DNA of 64,000 nt from Lingula anatina. Its lineage: Eukaryota; Animalia; Brachiopoda. The stretch lies in the NCBI GenBank assembly GCA_051362555.1, contig CM120641.1, forward strand, positions 18,662,001 through 18,726,000, given 5' to 3'. Under the pieces are notes generated by a model. It saw only the letters and a list, made by a program, of their open reading frames with translations, was not told the DNA's origin and ran no database searches. A program made the position numbers and the translations under genes. Below are positions 1 through 11,690 of the stretch, piece after piece. The number at the start of each line of letters is the position of its first letter. The first letter of the stretch is position 1.

Positions 1-149
1 TAATCGTCTGTCCCGACTACTGAAAGCTGTAAGGGGGTAATTAACTATGGTGCGCGCTTGACTGACTGCAATTTAGCGTGAACCCCCAGGGAGTTAGGTC
101 GATCTAAATCTTAATCTCTGGATCGATCTAAATCTCTGGGAATACACCC
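1..149. mobile_element. Right part of a PIF/Harbinger(Tourist)-type MITE, truncated by the window edge
   Basis: Its interior is the reverse complement of the element at 3616-3830. It ends in the TIR ...GATCGATCTAAATCTCTGGGAATACACCC, followed by TTA (150-152). Confidence 0.75.
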
Positions 150-152
150 TTA

Positions 153-361
153 GGGACAGTTCATATGAAAAATCTATTTTCTAAAAAACTACTTCCTATT
201 CGCGGTATCTTGTGATCACGGTCTGTGCCCTGAATAGCCCGCGGCGTAATTACTGGCAGCACGACCCAGTTACTTCCAAAGCTGTAATTAATTCTCAGCT
301 GCGCTTGGAGTGATCACAAGATACCACGAATAGAAAATAGATTTTTCATATGAACGGTCCC
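153..361. mobile_element. MITE with long terminal inverted repeats
   Basis: Starts GGGACAGTTCATATGAAAAATCTATTTTCTA..TTCGCGGTATCTTGTGATCAC and ends GTGATCACAAGATACCACGAATAGAAAATAGATTTTTCATATGAACGGTCCC. Flanked by TTA (150-152) and GTA (362-364). Confidence 0.75.
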
Positions 362-364
362 GTA

Positions 365-622
365 GGCTTCATTCACATGCAATGTCTATTTTCTAAATTC
401 TATTTTCTATTTGCGGTATGTCTTATGATCACGGTCTGTGCCCTGAATATCCCGCCGCGTAATTACTGGCAGCGCGTCCCAGTTACTATAAGTTACTATA
501 ACTAACTGGCTCGCGCTGCCAGTAATTACGCGGCGGGATATTCAGGGCACAGACAGTGATCATAAGATACCGCGAATAGAAAATAGATTTTTAGAAAATA
601 GACATTCCATGTGAACAAAGCC
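365..622. mobile_element. Near-perfect palindromic (foldback) MITE
   Basis: Two arms of about 120 bp are reverse complements around a short centre near 485-503. Followed by TTA (623-625). Shares the internal block TGATCACGGTCTGTGCCCTGAATA..CGTAATTACTGGCAGC with 153-361. Confidence 0.75.
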
Positions 623-2636
623 TTAAATGTATATATAAGTATTCAGTGTGAAACAGTTTAAATTAAACCTGAAATTTAAATAAGTTGTTCAGATAAATAC
701 AATATACAATTGAAATGTTTATGCATAACAAAGTTTCAATAATTTATAACTCCACACTTCAGAAAAATATAATAGCATGTGTACTGTACATTATAGCTAC
801 AGTTTACTCATACACTCAGTGCATGCCTCACAAACCTTTCTGACCTCTGCTCTCATATGTTTGAATGGCATAAAGCATTGAATATCATTTAAGTAAATTG
901 CTAGAATTAATTTATATTTGAAAAGTAGAAACACATCGCCACTGATAAGAACATAAACAATCATGAAAATTAAAGACTTAGTTTGTATGTGTGTTGGGGT
1001 GGGACATACTGCCTAAACTTTTAACCCCTTTGAACACAGTATTTTGTTAATTTAATACCCAATATTATTACACCAGGGTACATATAGAGTCTTGAGCAGC
1101 CCAGCTCAAAAACTAATCTGACAATTCTGACAAATGACGCTGCCGATCTACCCTCTGCCAGGGTCTCTGATTGATTTTTCACCAGATATTCACAGATATG
1201 TGTCTGGTAAAAATGATGGGACTTTTTGGCAGTGTGTAAGAGAAAAGTGCACATATTAAAATATGCCACCCTGCTACGGTACTGCTGATCCATGCAACGG
1301 GTTGGACACAGAGCAGCAACAGAGGGGCCCATAAAAGAAAAATCACGTGACCCGTTTGACCAATCAATAGCCAAAGTACCACAGCATGCGGCAGCCTTTG
1401 AAGTTTGATCTTCATCTCTGCACATAATCCGCGATGTGCCAAATTGACATAGTGCGCGTTCTGTCAAACCATTTCGTTCTGGAGCGGCAAAATTATGTAG
1501 CAGTTACAGTAGTAAGTCTATGATCTGGACATCGGGAAAGGTAAGGAAAATATTTAACGATCAACCTCGAGAAAGCACATACCATTCGCGACAATGCGTC
1601 CACTTTTTACGCCAGCCCGTTTAGTAACTTTGAGATAATGGTTGATAAAACATTGTGGCAGAGGGGACTAATGAAATCATTTCATAGCAATCCAAGTTAG
1701 TCTGCGAAGTAGAAAGTTGGTGTGAATTGCAAAGTCATGTAGTCATCTATGGATTAGCTTAACTTTGAACTGGCGTTGAGTGAATTAATTTGCTTTTACT
1801 TGCTTACACGAGTAGAAATGGCGCTTCTAGGCCATTGTTCTGATGCAGTTTCTCAGAAAATGTCTGACTTGGACTGCTTTGCACTGCCTTGCTTTGAGAG
1901 CTAAATGATTCCATTTTCAAGCACAATGGGAAAGTATGATGTGATAATGTTAACAGGCTCCCGTCAATTAGCTCTCTTCTTATAGTGTAGCCTGATTGGC
2001 GGTAATAATTTCTCTCTCTCATCCAGTGACTTGTATGTGGACCTAGATGTTTGTTTTTGGAAACTGTAATAAAAGTGCCCCACAAGAATAAAAAAAATCG
2101 AGTTGGGCAACTTTTGACCCACTTTTGAGAAAGTTTTAAAAAGTTGACAAGCATGATATTTCACTAAAACGCGCATATCTAACTATTATAACGGTTTATT
2201 CATATTCAGATATGTGGCTATCTGTATACCAAAATTTCAGATTTAATGGGAAAATATCATGTGCGGTCCCTAAACTCAGTGTCAGTCCTGGAGAATTAGC
2301 GTTCGTTTTCAAAAGCATTGTCACAGGATCATATTATTCGACAGCAGAAGAACATGGATACTTTAAAATGTAATATCAAAAATATTTTATCAGTTTGTGC
2401 CTTAAGTGCTCTTTTTACAGAAAAAATAAGTTTGACAAATGTATAAATTACAAACAGCCAATAATGAACTTCATGTACACTCCATTAGAAAAAAGTGTCA
2501 CCCCTACCGCAATCATGTACATTGCAAGAAGGTTACCCATAGTTTAAATTTTACTTTTACATAACAACTACACAACCGACACATAGGGAAGGGAGTAGTA
2601 AAATTGTGACCTACTTAGCTTAATCATTGGGATCAT

Positions 2637-2815
2637 ACATGAAAGGAAGACCGCTTAATCCAGTAATGGTCTCTTCGCCTCTTTCAGGAGCACAATAATT
2701 AAATTTCGTCTCAATTTGACCGGTCGAGGGACGACTCGTGGGGAGGCGTGAAAGAGGCGAAGAGACCATTACAGGATAAGCGGTTGTCCTTTCATATAGG
2801 TCCGCCATATTTAGG
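2637..2815. mobile_element. Degenerate MITE related to 4178-4723
   Basis: Inverted arms CATGAAAGGAAGACCGCTTAATCCAGTAATGGTCTCTTCGCCTCTTTCA / TGAAAGAGGCGAAGAGACCATTACAGGATAAGCGGTTGTCCTTTCAT. The blocks GGGACGACTCGTGGGGAGGCG and TCCGCCATATTTAGG resemble the 4178-4723 element. Ends are approximate. Confidence 0.6.
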
Positions 2816-3615
2816 CCGTGGACCAACTAGCACTCGGCTTTTCTCATTCTGATTGGTCCCATTTTAATACAATAGTTTCAATATGCGGCTTCCTAAGTGA
2901 GAGGGATACATTTTGCCAAACTGTTGACATAAGGTGCAGGGGGAGAGTTCTGACCCGCGAAGAAGGTACGTTGGACTATTCATTCAGAGGGTTAGACGAC
3001 ATCATGGCCAAACAGACACATGGGCAAAATTGCCAGGGTTAGCCTACCGAAGAAAACCACACTCAGAGATGAAATTTAAGAATGTTAATTCACCTTCCTC
3101 GTAGAAAACGTTTCCTGACATTTAGGATCTCACTTGACTGCAACGTTAAACAATAACAGGACACATTATGTTTCTGTGTATACCGCCAGAACACGTCAGC
3201 ACAATCGATGTTATTTTGGTAGATTTCTGTTAGGAGACCAGGCAGTGATCACTGCCAGGAACCGTCTACGTTGAATCAGGTGGTATAAGTCTGTGGAGGA
3301 TATATATCTTTGAAGAGTATGAACACCCATTGATGATTATGTTTCTACTCCACATAAAGCCAATGCAGCAGTAGGTTGGTTATTTGCGAACCAGATCCAG
3401 ACCCCCCAAATGAACAGCTTAATCCCTAAATCAGAACCTCATTAAGAATGTGTAGGGTATCCTCGGAAATGGATTACAGAGGGATGATTCTGCAAAGAAA
3501 AATGATCTCATACTATCTTTACACCGTATGTGGAACGCTATCACTGAAAAATACCCCTTTCTTAGGCTCCTCCTCGACGCGACGCCAATCCAAGAATTGA
3601 AGGAAAGAGCACTTA

Positions 3616-3830
3616 GACCTCATTCCCAGAGATTAGATCGATCCAAACTAGATCGACCTAACTCCCTGGGGGTTCACGCTAAATAGCTGTCAGCCGAGCG
3701 GGCACGAAAGTTAATTACCCCCTCACAGCTTCTAGTAGGCGGGACGGACATTTAAGCACGATTTACTGACAGTAATCTAGTGAGACTCCCCACGGGGATA
3801 GATCGATCTAAAATCTATGGGAATGCGCCC
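3616..3830. mobile_element. PIF/Harbinger-type MITE with TTA target-site duplication
   Basis: TIRs CATTCCCAGAGATTAGATCGATC / GATCGATCTAAAATCTATGGGAATG. TTA at 3613-3615 and 3831-3833. A second copy lies at 1-149 in the opposite orientation. Confidence 0.75.
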
Positions 3831-4177
3831 TTAGAGTGCTTTGGTCAAACTCCCTTTTAACTGGAAGGCGACGATGAAACTGACCACGTCGTTGGAGGCC
3901 CAAAGGATGCATAGTGATTGCTAAGATCTTTCACAGAATGTTCATGCGTCGGCGTAGGCCCCATGGTCGCCGCGAACTTTTGAACGTGTTCAAAACGAGC
4001 ATACAAAGGACAATGTGGAGGTTGGTCGCTGAATGATCGCTAGAGGAAAGCAAAAAGATCTGTGGTGTAGCTGGTAAAGGATAGAGATCAATGACCATCC
4101 CCGCCCCGTCCCATTTCAAGGAATTTTACGCAGTGACTGCTACTGGCCCACCGTCCCTACGTATGTGATTACTCTTA

Positions 4178-4723
4178 GAGCGCATTCTCAACGAATTATT
4201 CCAGGCTTTACAAAGCCGGTGACCTAAAAATGGCGGACGTACATGAAAGAAAAACCGCCTAATCTTTTAATAGTCTCTCATCCTCTCACACGCCTCCCCA
4301 CACGTCGTCCCTGCGGGGTACAGTAATTAAATCTCGGCTCCGAACATTAATATTTCCGTGAATATCTCTGGTGATATTATCTCCGTAGATAGTCGATTCA
4401 TTGCTGCTCTACGGGCCAAATTATTCCTTTTTCGTCTCTGTTTTCAAAGATAATAGAACAGAAGAGCTTTTTTCCTTCGATCGCCTTCAGCCGCCATGCT
4501 TTCTTCACCACGAGTTTAACTGATGAGCATGCGCACTTAATATTTCTCAGGTAGCTTCCGCATGGCGAACGGAGCCGAGATTTAATTACTGTACCCCGCA
4601 GGGACGACTTGTGGGGAGGCGGAGAGACTATTAAAAGATTAGGCGGTTTTTCTTTCATGTACGTCCGCCATTTTTAGGTCACCGGCTTTGTAAAGCCTGG
4701 CTTAATTCGTTGAGAATGCGCTC
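4178..4723. mobile_element. 546-bp non-autonomous DNA transposon (Harbinger-type) with long TIRs of about 150-165 bp
   Basis: Starts GAGCGCATTCTCAACGAATTA and ends TAATTCGTTGAGAATGCGCTC. The arms are nearly identical apart from a small indel. Perfect TTA TSD at 4175-4177 and 4724-4726. No transposase ORF. Confidence 0.85.
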
Positions 4724-4740
4724 TTATAGTAATCAAATGC

Positions 4741-5520
4741 AATTTTAAGAAATTATTTCGAGCAAAAATATTATTTTTGAACGTTACAGAATTCGAACCC
4801 GTGTAGAAGTGCTGTGTTCAAGCCAGCAGAGTTACCCGGAGCTGCAAAAGCTTCGTTGGTAGGCTGTAGATCAAACGGACACTTTCTACATGTACCTTGT
4901 CAGTGAGAAGATCAGTTTGGATGTACATGTTTACGACTGCAGTTACAATCGATAGCTTGGGTGCCGTACAGATGTATTTCATCACGCGCAACAGTCCCCG
5001 TACATGGTCTTATCATCATGGTGTACAGGAGGCCTTGTTTTAGAAGCCGACACGGAGCGTTCCAAAATAGATTTCTTCCTTTTTTTACTATGACTTTGTT
5101 AGGTTGGATTCGCACATGACGTTAAAAAGCACAATAGGATCACAGGCGATCCACACCGGGACTGTTTTAGTTCAAGCAAATCCCTAAGAAGAGGGAATCA
5201 TTAAAAACTTTCTTGAAAATGTGTAAAGGCTGGTGTGCTTCCTATTCAAGCAATTGCGACGAAGCGAATTTTGACAAGAACACATTTGGCAAATAATCTG
5301 GCCGAAAATATACCATACAATTTTTAAAAAATTATTTACGCAAAAATATTAGGCCTACACTGAACATTTTAGGCTATAATTCGAACTTTCGTACTTGTAA
5401 GTGTCTAATTTTATCCAAGCCAGGAGAGTTATCACGGAGCCGCAGAAGCTTCGACGGTAGGCCTCAGATCAATTGAAAACTTTCTACCTTGTCATGGAGA
5501 ATGACAGTTTGGATGTAACT
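4741..5520. repeat. Diverged direct duplication, about 190-bp units at ~4741-4930 and ~5319-5520
   Basis: Collinear shared blocks: CAAAAATATT, AATTCGAAC, CAAGCCAG.AGAGTTA, GGAGC.GCA.AAGCTTCG..GGTAGGC, ACTTTCTAC..CTTGTCA, CAGTTTGGATGTA. Confidence 0.6.
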
Positions 5521-6569
5521 TTATAAATCTGCAATTACGAATTTGTGAAACCTGGTGATCCAGCAATTGCTACGACACGAACTTTTAGAAATGCACATTT
5601 GTTTGCTGAACGCGTTTTGCAGGTGCACGGTATGACGGGCCAATCCAGGATTATTTGAAGGGAGGCAGGTTCTTTTTTTGTGTGTGCGTGTGTGATAAGC
5701 CTCGGATACTAAGCCGACGTTCGCCCCCCCTTGACCTGGTGTTCGGACCCCGCACAATGGCCTCGGAAAGTTTTAGGTGCTTTGGAGGCCAAGCGGAAAC
5801 ATTTGATGCAGTTAAGAACTAAGATTTAGCTAGTCAAAATTCCAATTCCAGGAGGGGAATATTAGTGTGATTTTTTTTTTTTTTTTCAGAAACCGAAGAT
5901 CAGGACCCCCCCCCCCCCCCCTATATAGGCCTATATATATATATATAGTTAAATTGTAACTTTTGCTACAATAATGACTTATTGTTAACACGCTTAAGCG
6001 TGCTGAAATGGATAAGTATTGATAAATCCAATACATACATATGGTTTATGAAGACAAAGTTAAATTTAAGATAGGTAGAAGGCTTTTTGTAACGCCTAGT
6101 AGTAGGCTACTGTCAGCTGTACTTAGGCCTATATGGTGGTCTACTGTTGGTACAGTCATGCCTAGACCATTTTCACACAAGAAGTTTGCACTTCTTGTGT
6201 ACGTTCATCTATATTTAATTGTTTAAAGCTGAAAAAAAAAGTAGATCTCAATATTACAAGAAACTTCTCGCCCCTTTACGTGATGTGTATTGAGGAAGAA
6301 TCTGAAAACAATCCAAGTACAACGGGCACGGTACGTTCGAGATTGGATTTGGCTCCGGTAGTAGCCAATAGGTGGCAGCACTAGAGAAGTAGTTACATTG
6401 ATATCTCGAATGATAGACTTGCTTTTAAGCGTTGAAAGGACTGCTTTTTAAAGATGCAATTATTTGAATATTCGAAGACACAAACAACCTTGACGAAAAG
6501 AAGCTCTTTAATTTGGATATTGCTTGATGATGGATTAGATATAATTTAAACTCTAGTTGGATCGTAACA

Positions 6570-6658
6570 GCCTCGATAGCGCAGTAGGCAGCGCGTCAGT
6601 CTCATAATCAATATGTCGGGCAATCTGAAGGTCGTGAGTTCGATCCTCACTCGGGGCA
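6570..6658 (+). tRNA. tRNA-Met: Elongator tRNA-Met(CAT) with a 16-nt intron (6607-6622)
   Basis: GCCTCGATAGCGCAGTAGGCAGCGCGTCAGTCTCATA[ATCAATATGTCGGGCA]ATCTGAAGGTCGTGAGTTCGATCCTCACTCGGGGCA. The spliced 73-nt product is almost identical to vertebrate elongator tRNA-Met. A and B boxes are intact, the anticodon is at 6603-6605, and the intron is at the canonical 37/38 position. Confidence 0.95.
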
Positions 6659-6664
6659 ATGTTC

Positions 6665-6669
6665 TTTTT
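6665..6669 (+). terminator. Pol III oligo-T terminator of the tRNA gene
   Basis: TTTTT begins 7 nt after the tRNA discriminator base. Confidence 0.7.
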
Positions 6670-7904
6670 GTATTTTTGGAAAATATTTGAACGGATTATT
6701 GTTGTCTACCAAATGCACGAATTACCCAAAACTTGGACATAAGAACTTAGATCATTATTATGTCCAAGCCCAAAACAATCACACCAATCAGAACCCATGT
6801 CCTTCCCTGATGCAGTATGCATTTTAAATGTCTGTGGACAAACAATCATTCAAAAGAAAGAAGAATTTGATAAGTTCGCAGTCTGCAAAAGATCTCATCA
6901 AAGAGCTGAAGCAACCGCCTTCTAACAATGTAAATTTTAATTTTTGAGAAATGGCTAAGAAACTGAGAAATTCATATAGGTCTCAGCATGACAAAAATAC
7001 AAATTCAGAAAAATAAGGAAAGAGAATCCTCAAGATCAACTTCCCGAAACCACCAAAGGACAAGTGATAAATGAAGCAAACCTAAGGACGATAGATGCCA
7101 TGTTAGTGCATGCGCCAAGACTATGCAAAGACTTGCTACTAGTACTATCATGGCTATCCAGCCGATTATTTACCTACCAGAAGCCCTTGAACGGCTTCAG
7201 ACAGTCCTAGCAGTTACAAAATCGGTTGAAGGTAAAGTGGGTATTTTGAAGGTCCTTCAACCGATTTGGTCACCGTAGAACAGGGGGTGAATCACCTGGC
7301 TGGTGCTCTGGCAGGTGCTCTGTAGGTTACCACTGTGCTGGAGAGCCTTACTTCCCCATTTCAATGATTAATTGCTTTTAACTGCGGCGGGGAGATGCAG
7401 GAAACAGGCGAGTAGTAGTGGTGGTGATTGTTCTGTCAAAGATTAGATCATATCTGTCACCAGCTGAAGAGATCCTGGTGGAAAGGGAGCCCCAATACCC
7501 GAAAAAATTTGTGATTTGTGGAAATCTCGTGTCAAAGAAAATGAAGATATAAATTGATGCTAGTTAATTGTGGAGCTGAATCTTCCCTTTGACGCCGACT
7601 TAATGTCATTCAATTGAAAATCGTAGTATGTTTTATCCTGAATGTATTTTGGTTATTTATTCTTTCCAGCTATTTGCTGTATTTTTACATCAACCTTATG
7701 ATGTGCAAAGGGATGCAAAGTTTCCCATACGGGAAACAGACAGAGAAGGCATCAGACACCGTGGTAATAAAGTCTATATAAAGAAAAAAGATTTGATTTT
7801 ATTTATTTTATCGTATGAACAGGTCAAGACTTTAAAGACTATTGCCACAAACAATTCCTTAAATCATCTACATCCCGAGTTAAAGCCTCTTTACATATAA
7901 AAAA

Positions 7905-9380
7905 TCATTTCGCTTGTTGAAGGTTAACATTTGAAGTATCCTTTGGTTCATTAAAAGCAGTAGTACTACTTCCGCTACTGCAGTCTGATCCATAGTCAGA
8001 CTCTCTGCCGTCGTCTTGATCCCTTTTCTCTTCCACCCGTTCTTGCAGAATGACTTTGGTTGTGTTTTTAAGCTCCGCAGTATTTGAAGAAATAGTTTGC
8101 TTTTCTCTTTCAGGCTTACTTTTAAAGATAATATGTGGTTTTTGTATTTTGACACAGAGCACACTTTTTGTAGCGTTTCGGATGAGTTTGTTGTGTGTGA
8201 AATAGATAACAGGTTTTATGACGGTGCTGAGATGGGTTAACCACACTGACGCGACCCAGGCGCTGTCAGGCACAATAAAGGACACCTCTAGTAAATCGAG
8301 ATAGTTGAGTACAATGAATGGAAACCACAATATCATATACATAAATACCGTTATCAGTACCGTTGCAGATAGGTTAGTGTCTGTCATATAACTTGATATT
8401 GACGTAGCCCTTTGTCTCTTGTTTACTTGTATTTTTTCATCTACGACCGAAGGTGTAAACCTTTTGTTGTTTTTGCTACAGTCCGTTATTTGACAGTTCT
8501 CCCCATTTAAAATGTATTTATTTACTGGGAAGTTTTGAAAACGACTTTGTTGCCTGCGAAATCTTTTCCCGTAGCTCTCACTGATTAATGTATTTTCCTG
8601 GCCCTTTTCTTTATTTTCTCTATTTTTCGATCTCTGTTTTTCATTCTCTGACATTTGTGTAGGTGAAACTGAACCGTGCTGCTGACGCAGTTTGCAGAAG
8701 TGTGAAATAAAGCACATAAAAATACCAACCACGGGAACAACGTAGCCTATTACAAGAACGAAGTACAACTGCGCAATACTTTTTTCAAAGTTCAGGCCAC
8801 ATTGAAATTGTTTAGAAAAGTATACGTATCCTCCCCAGCCAATAAGGGGCAAAATTGCAGTAACTAGATCAAATACCCAAAGGGTAAAAATAATTATCAA
8901 AGACGACGTTTGGTTGAATATTTCCTTGTGTTTGTCCGTGAGACCTGTTTTCATAGCCCTTTCTGCAACAATGATTACGAAGTTGTGAACCGATGTCAGA
9001 AAAACAAACACACCCAAGACGCCTTGCAGACGACACAGCCCATCTCCCAGAATCCACCGCGAGAGGACAACTGAGATCAATGTAAAAAGCGACCACAGCA
9101 AGCCCCCAGCGATGTCGACACAAGCCAGGTTAACCATGAAATAATGAGGAGCACGATGAAGTTCCTTAGATCTTACACCCACAAATACAAATAAACTGTT
9201 TAATACAATGTTTGATGTCAAAATAAATGCCAGTGACACTCCTAGTATAGCTGTTACGGAGACCTCCGTAGAAGCATTGGAGCCTTCAAAGATGGTACTA
9301 TTTGCGACTGTCGTTGTTACGTTCCAAGTTGCATCTGTCGTGGACGCACTTACGAATATGGTGGCATTATATGTGGCCAT
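7905..9380 (-). CDS. Intronless class-A (rhodopsin-like) orphan GPCR, 491 aa
   Basis: N-terminus rich in N-glycosylation sequons (NAT, NVT, NST, NAS). Seven hydrophobic segments. TM2 NLACVD; ECL1 WILG..LC; TM3 ERA in place of DRY; TM4 W..P.IGWG; ECL2 Cys; long ICL3; TM6 LWFP; TM7 KPVIY; helix 8. Confidence 0.92.
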   Translation of the reverse strand: MATYNATIFVSASTTDATWNVTTTVANSTIFEGSNASTEVSVTAILGVSLAFILTSNIVLNSLFVFVGVRSKELHRAPHYFMVNLACVDIAGGLLWSLFTLISVVLSRWILGDGLCRLQGVLGVFVFLTSVHNFVIIVAERAMKTGLTDKHKEIFNQTSSLIIIFTLWVFDLVTAILPLIGWGGYVYFSKQFQCGLNFEKSIAQLYFVLVIGYVVPVVGIFMCFISHFCKLRQQHGSVSPTQMSENEKQRSKNRENKEKGQENTLISESYGKRFRRQQSRFQNFPVNKYILNGENCQITDCSKNNKRFTPSVVDEKIQVNKRQRATSISSYMTDTNLSATVLITVFMYMILWFPFIVLNYLDLLEVSFIVPDSAWVASVWLTHLSTVIKPVIYFTHNKLIRNATKSVLCVKIQKPHIIFKSKPEREKQTISSNTAELKNTTKVILQERVEEKRDQDDGRESDYGSDCSSGSSTTAFNEPKDTSNVNLQQAK

Positions 9381-10601
9381 AGCTGTTAAATCAGTGTAAA
9401 TGATTGTAACGAATCCAGATACCTCGTAGTCTTGTCATCAGTCTATGATCTTAGGTCTACCATGCAGGTTTTCCGTCATGTTGGCGAGCATTTTATCTTT
9501 GGTTATTTCACAGCAGCCCTTAAAAGATGACATACGATGGCAGAAATTTCAGTAACATTGATACTTTGACTCGCGATTGAAGTGAGTTTAGTTCCAACAC
9601 GATTTGTTTTCTCCGAGGTTGAAGCGTTTATGTGAATTCCAAAATGCTCGACATGTGCCAAAATGTCTCATCGGCTGAGCTAGGCCGATTCCCAGTGTCC
9701 GGGTGGGAAAAACTTGCTAAAATCTGTAAAATTCTCCGTCATTGCGGTCTAACAAATTACATTCATGTCCACAATTATTGTGTTCTCCATCTTGCTAAAC
9801 TGATATCGATCTGCCATCTGTATTTTTGTCAATACGACATCCTTAGCGACGCTCACTGTTCTTCAAACTGACAAAAGTATTCTACTAGTATGTCTTATAC
9901 TTGATGGTCCTGTAACCATTATACAGGACGCCACTTAAGCACAGTGCTACAATGTGTACTGAAAGTTACAGTTAAAGTACAAAAGTGATTTAACATTTTG
10001 GTTTACTTGTTAAGTTTTGATTAACACGGCAGGCAAAAGGGTTGCTAGCTGAAGAGGATACCTTGCAACAGTCCTTTTTTCACCTCGGTAGATTGTTTTG
10101 GTAATTTTTTTAATGAACAATAAATATTAAGTAAACCGTGGAATCATACAAAAATTTAAGAAACGTAGCAAAGAAATCATTACCCCTGCATTAACATAAA
10201 GCAAGCACAGAGCTAGTAACAAGCAATGCGTATTCGCTACATGGGACCTCATCAAAGACTATTGATTTTAGAACTACTGAATCATGATGAATTGGCAGTC
10301 CAAGTTACTTCATTATAAGGGCATTGAACTGTAAAGCCAATGGCAAAATGCGCGTGGGCAGACGTACATTGTGTAAGAGGGTGATATAGTACAAATTTCG
10401 CAATAAATGAGTCAGTTTTAATTTTTATATAAAAATTAATTTGGGGAGTTTGATCGCTTATGCATATAAATTGTTCTTAATACATGCTTGTTGATAAAAA
10501 TTGTGTTTGTTAATCTTTTGATAACACGGGTTATTGTTTGGGTCCAGATGTTTTTGTAATTCGTTTCATGTGACCCATAAAACAAAACCCTCAAGCTCAC
10601 G

Positions 10602-10737
10602 TGCGTGTCACTTGAGGAAAAAAAATGGTGATATCCAAGTTGATCCCGTGATTTTAGTCAAAGCGACATGCGCGTCACTTCAGGGAACAAAACTGGTGAT
10701 AGCCAAGTTAATCCCGTGATTTTAGTCAAAGCGACAG
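10602..10737. repeat. Two-copy tandem repeat, unit about 68 bp
   Basis: TGTCACTTGAGGAAAAAAAATGGTGATATCCAAGTTGATCCCGTGATTTTAGTCAAAGCGACA is followed by a closely similar copy. Confidence 0.8.
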
Positions 10738-11690
10738 ATACACTTTTTCAGCTGTTTCAACATTTCTACCCGCTTTTGCATCCCGATCACTTTTAATTAT
10801 TTATTTAATCGTGCTCACTTCCTTATTTAAAGAAGAGGTAACAGCACTTCAAGAACGCTGCACACATTATATAGTCCATTTTCACCACACACGCACGCAC
10901 ATGCACAGCTTTACTCAGAACAATATGAACAATTAAATGTCCGGGTCTCCGAGAAGTGGATCATTTTTCTTTGTGTCGTTACGCAGTCCTATTCCTGTTT
11001 GTCGGGTTTGTGTCCTACGATATTGCCCAAGGTGATATTTATCTAGGACCCGTAGTACTAGTTCGGCAAGCCCTAATTTTAATCAGCAGTGGGTGGCCGG
11101 AGTCGTTTACTGTCGTCAACTACCCTATACCGTGGGTTTTCATCTGGATTTTCACAGCTTTCTCTAGCAGTTACGAAATTGGACGAAGGACGAAAATCTT
11201 TCATTCCAATTTTGTAACAGCTAAAGAAACTATAGCCATCAACTATCTATTCTTGACCCGAGTTGTTATCCTCGATCATCTCTGTATCTGATCCGAAATG
11301 ACATTGTGTCGCTGAAATCGTGTCATGTCCTAGGACGTTTTTGTGAGATTATTACTAACGGAGCTATATTAAGACCGTGATCCGATTCACGATCGAAATG
11401 TATCACCCATGTATTGTTCAATGCGTGTGGTAAACACAATACAATATTTACATCATGTGCACTTCTAACATTACTTTGGGTATTTCAAAACCATGGTCAC
11501 GCATGAAATCAAAGGAATTGAAAGATGCTATTGTATTTATAGTCACGTGTATTTGGTAATGTTTGTCCCCAATTCTAGACCTTTTTTAAATATTGCGAAA
11601 TGACCACATATCGATCAGTTTATTTTCATGTACAAATTGATATTTTTATGCTGTGATTCATTTATTACTTCACTGTTACTTGAATGAGGT

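Noticed and set aside
5920-5929. CArG match CCTATATAGG (also CCTAAATTGG at 39693-39702)
   Set aside because: Isolated matches beside a poly-C/TA tract or in a lysA intron, consistent with chance frequency.
1021-6226. Many short ORFs of 60-150 aa
   Set aside because: No domain motifs or consistent splice structure. Several lie inside MITEs (for example 4398-4658 and 2620-2826).
6760-7130. A-rich stretch with a coding-like texture after the tRNA gene
   Set aside because: Interrupted by stops and no recognisable motif. Possibly an old retroelement remnant, but not supportable.
7905-9380. Calling the GPCR an opsin
   Set aside because: The position equivalent to the retinal-binding K296 is His.
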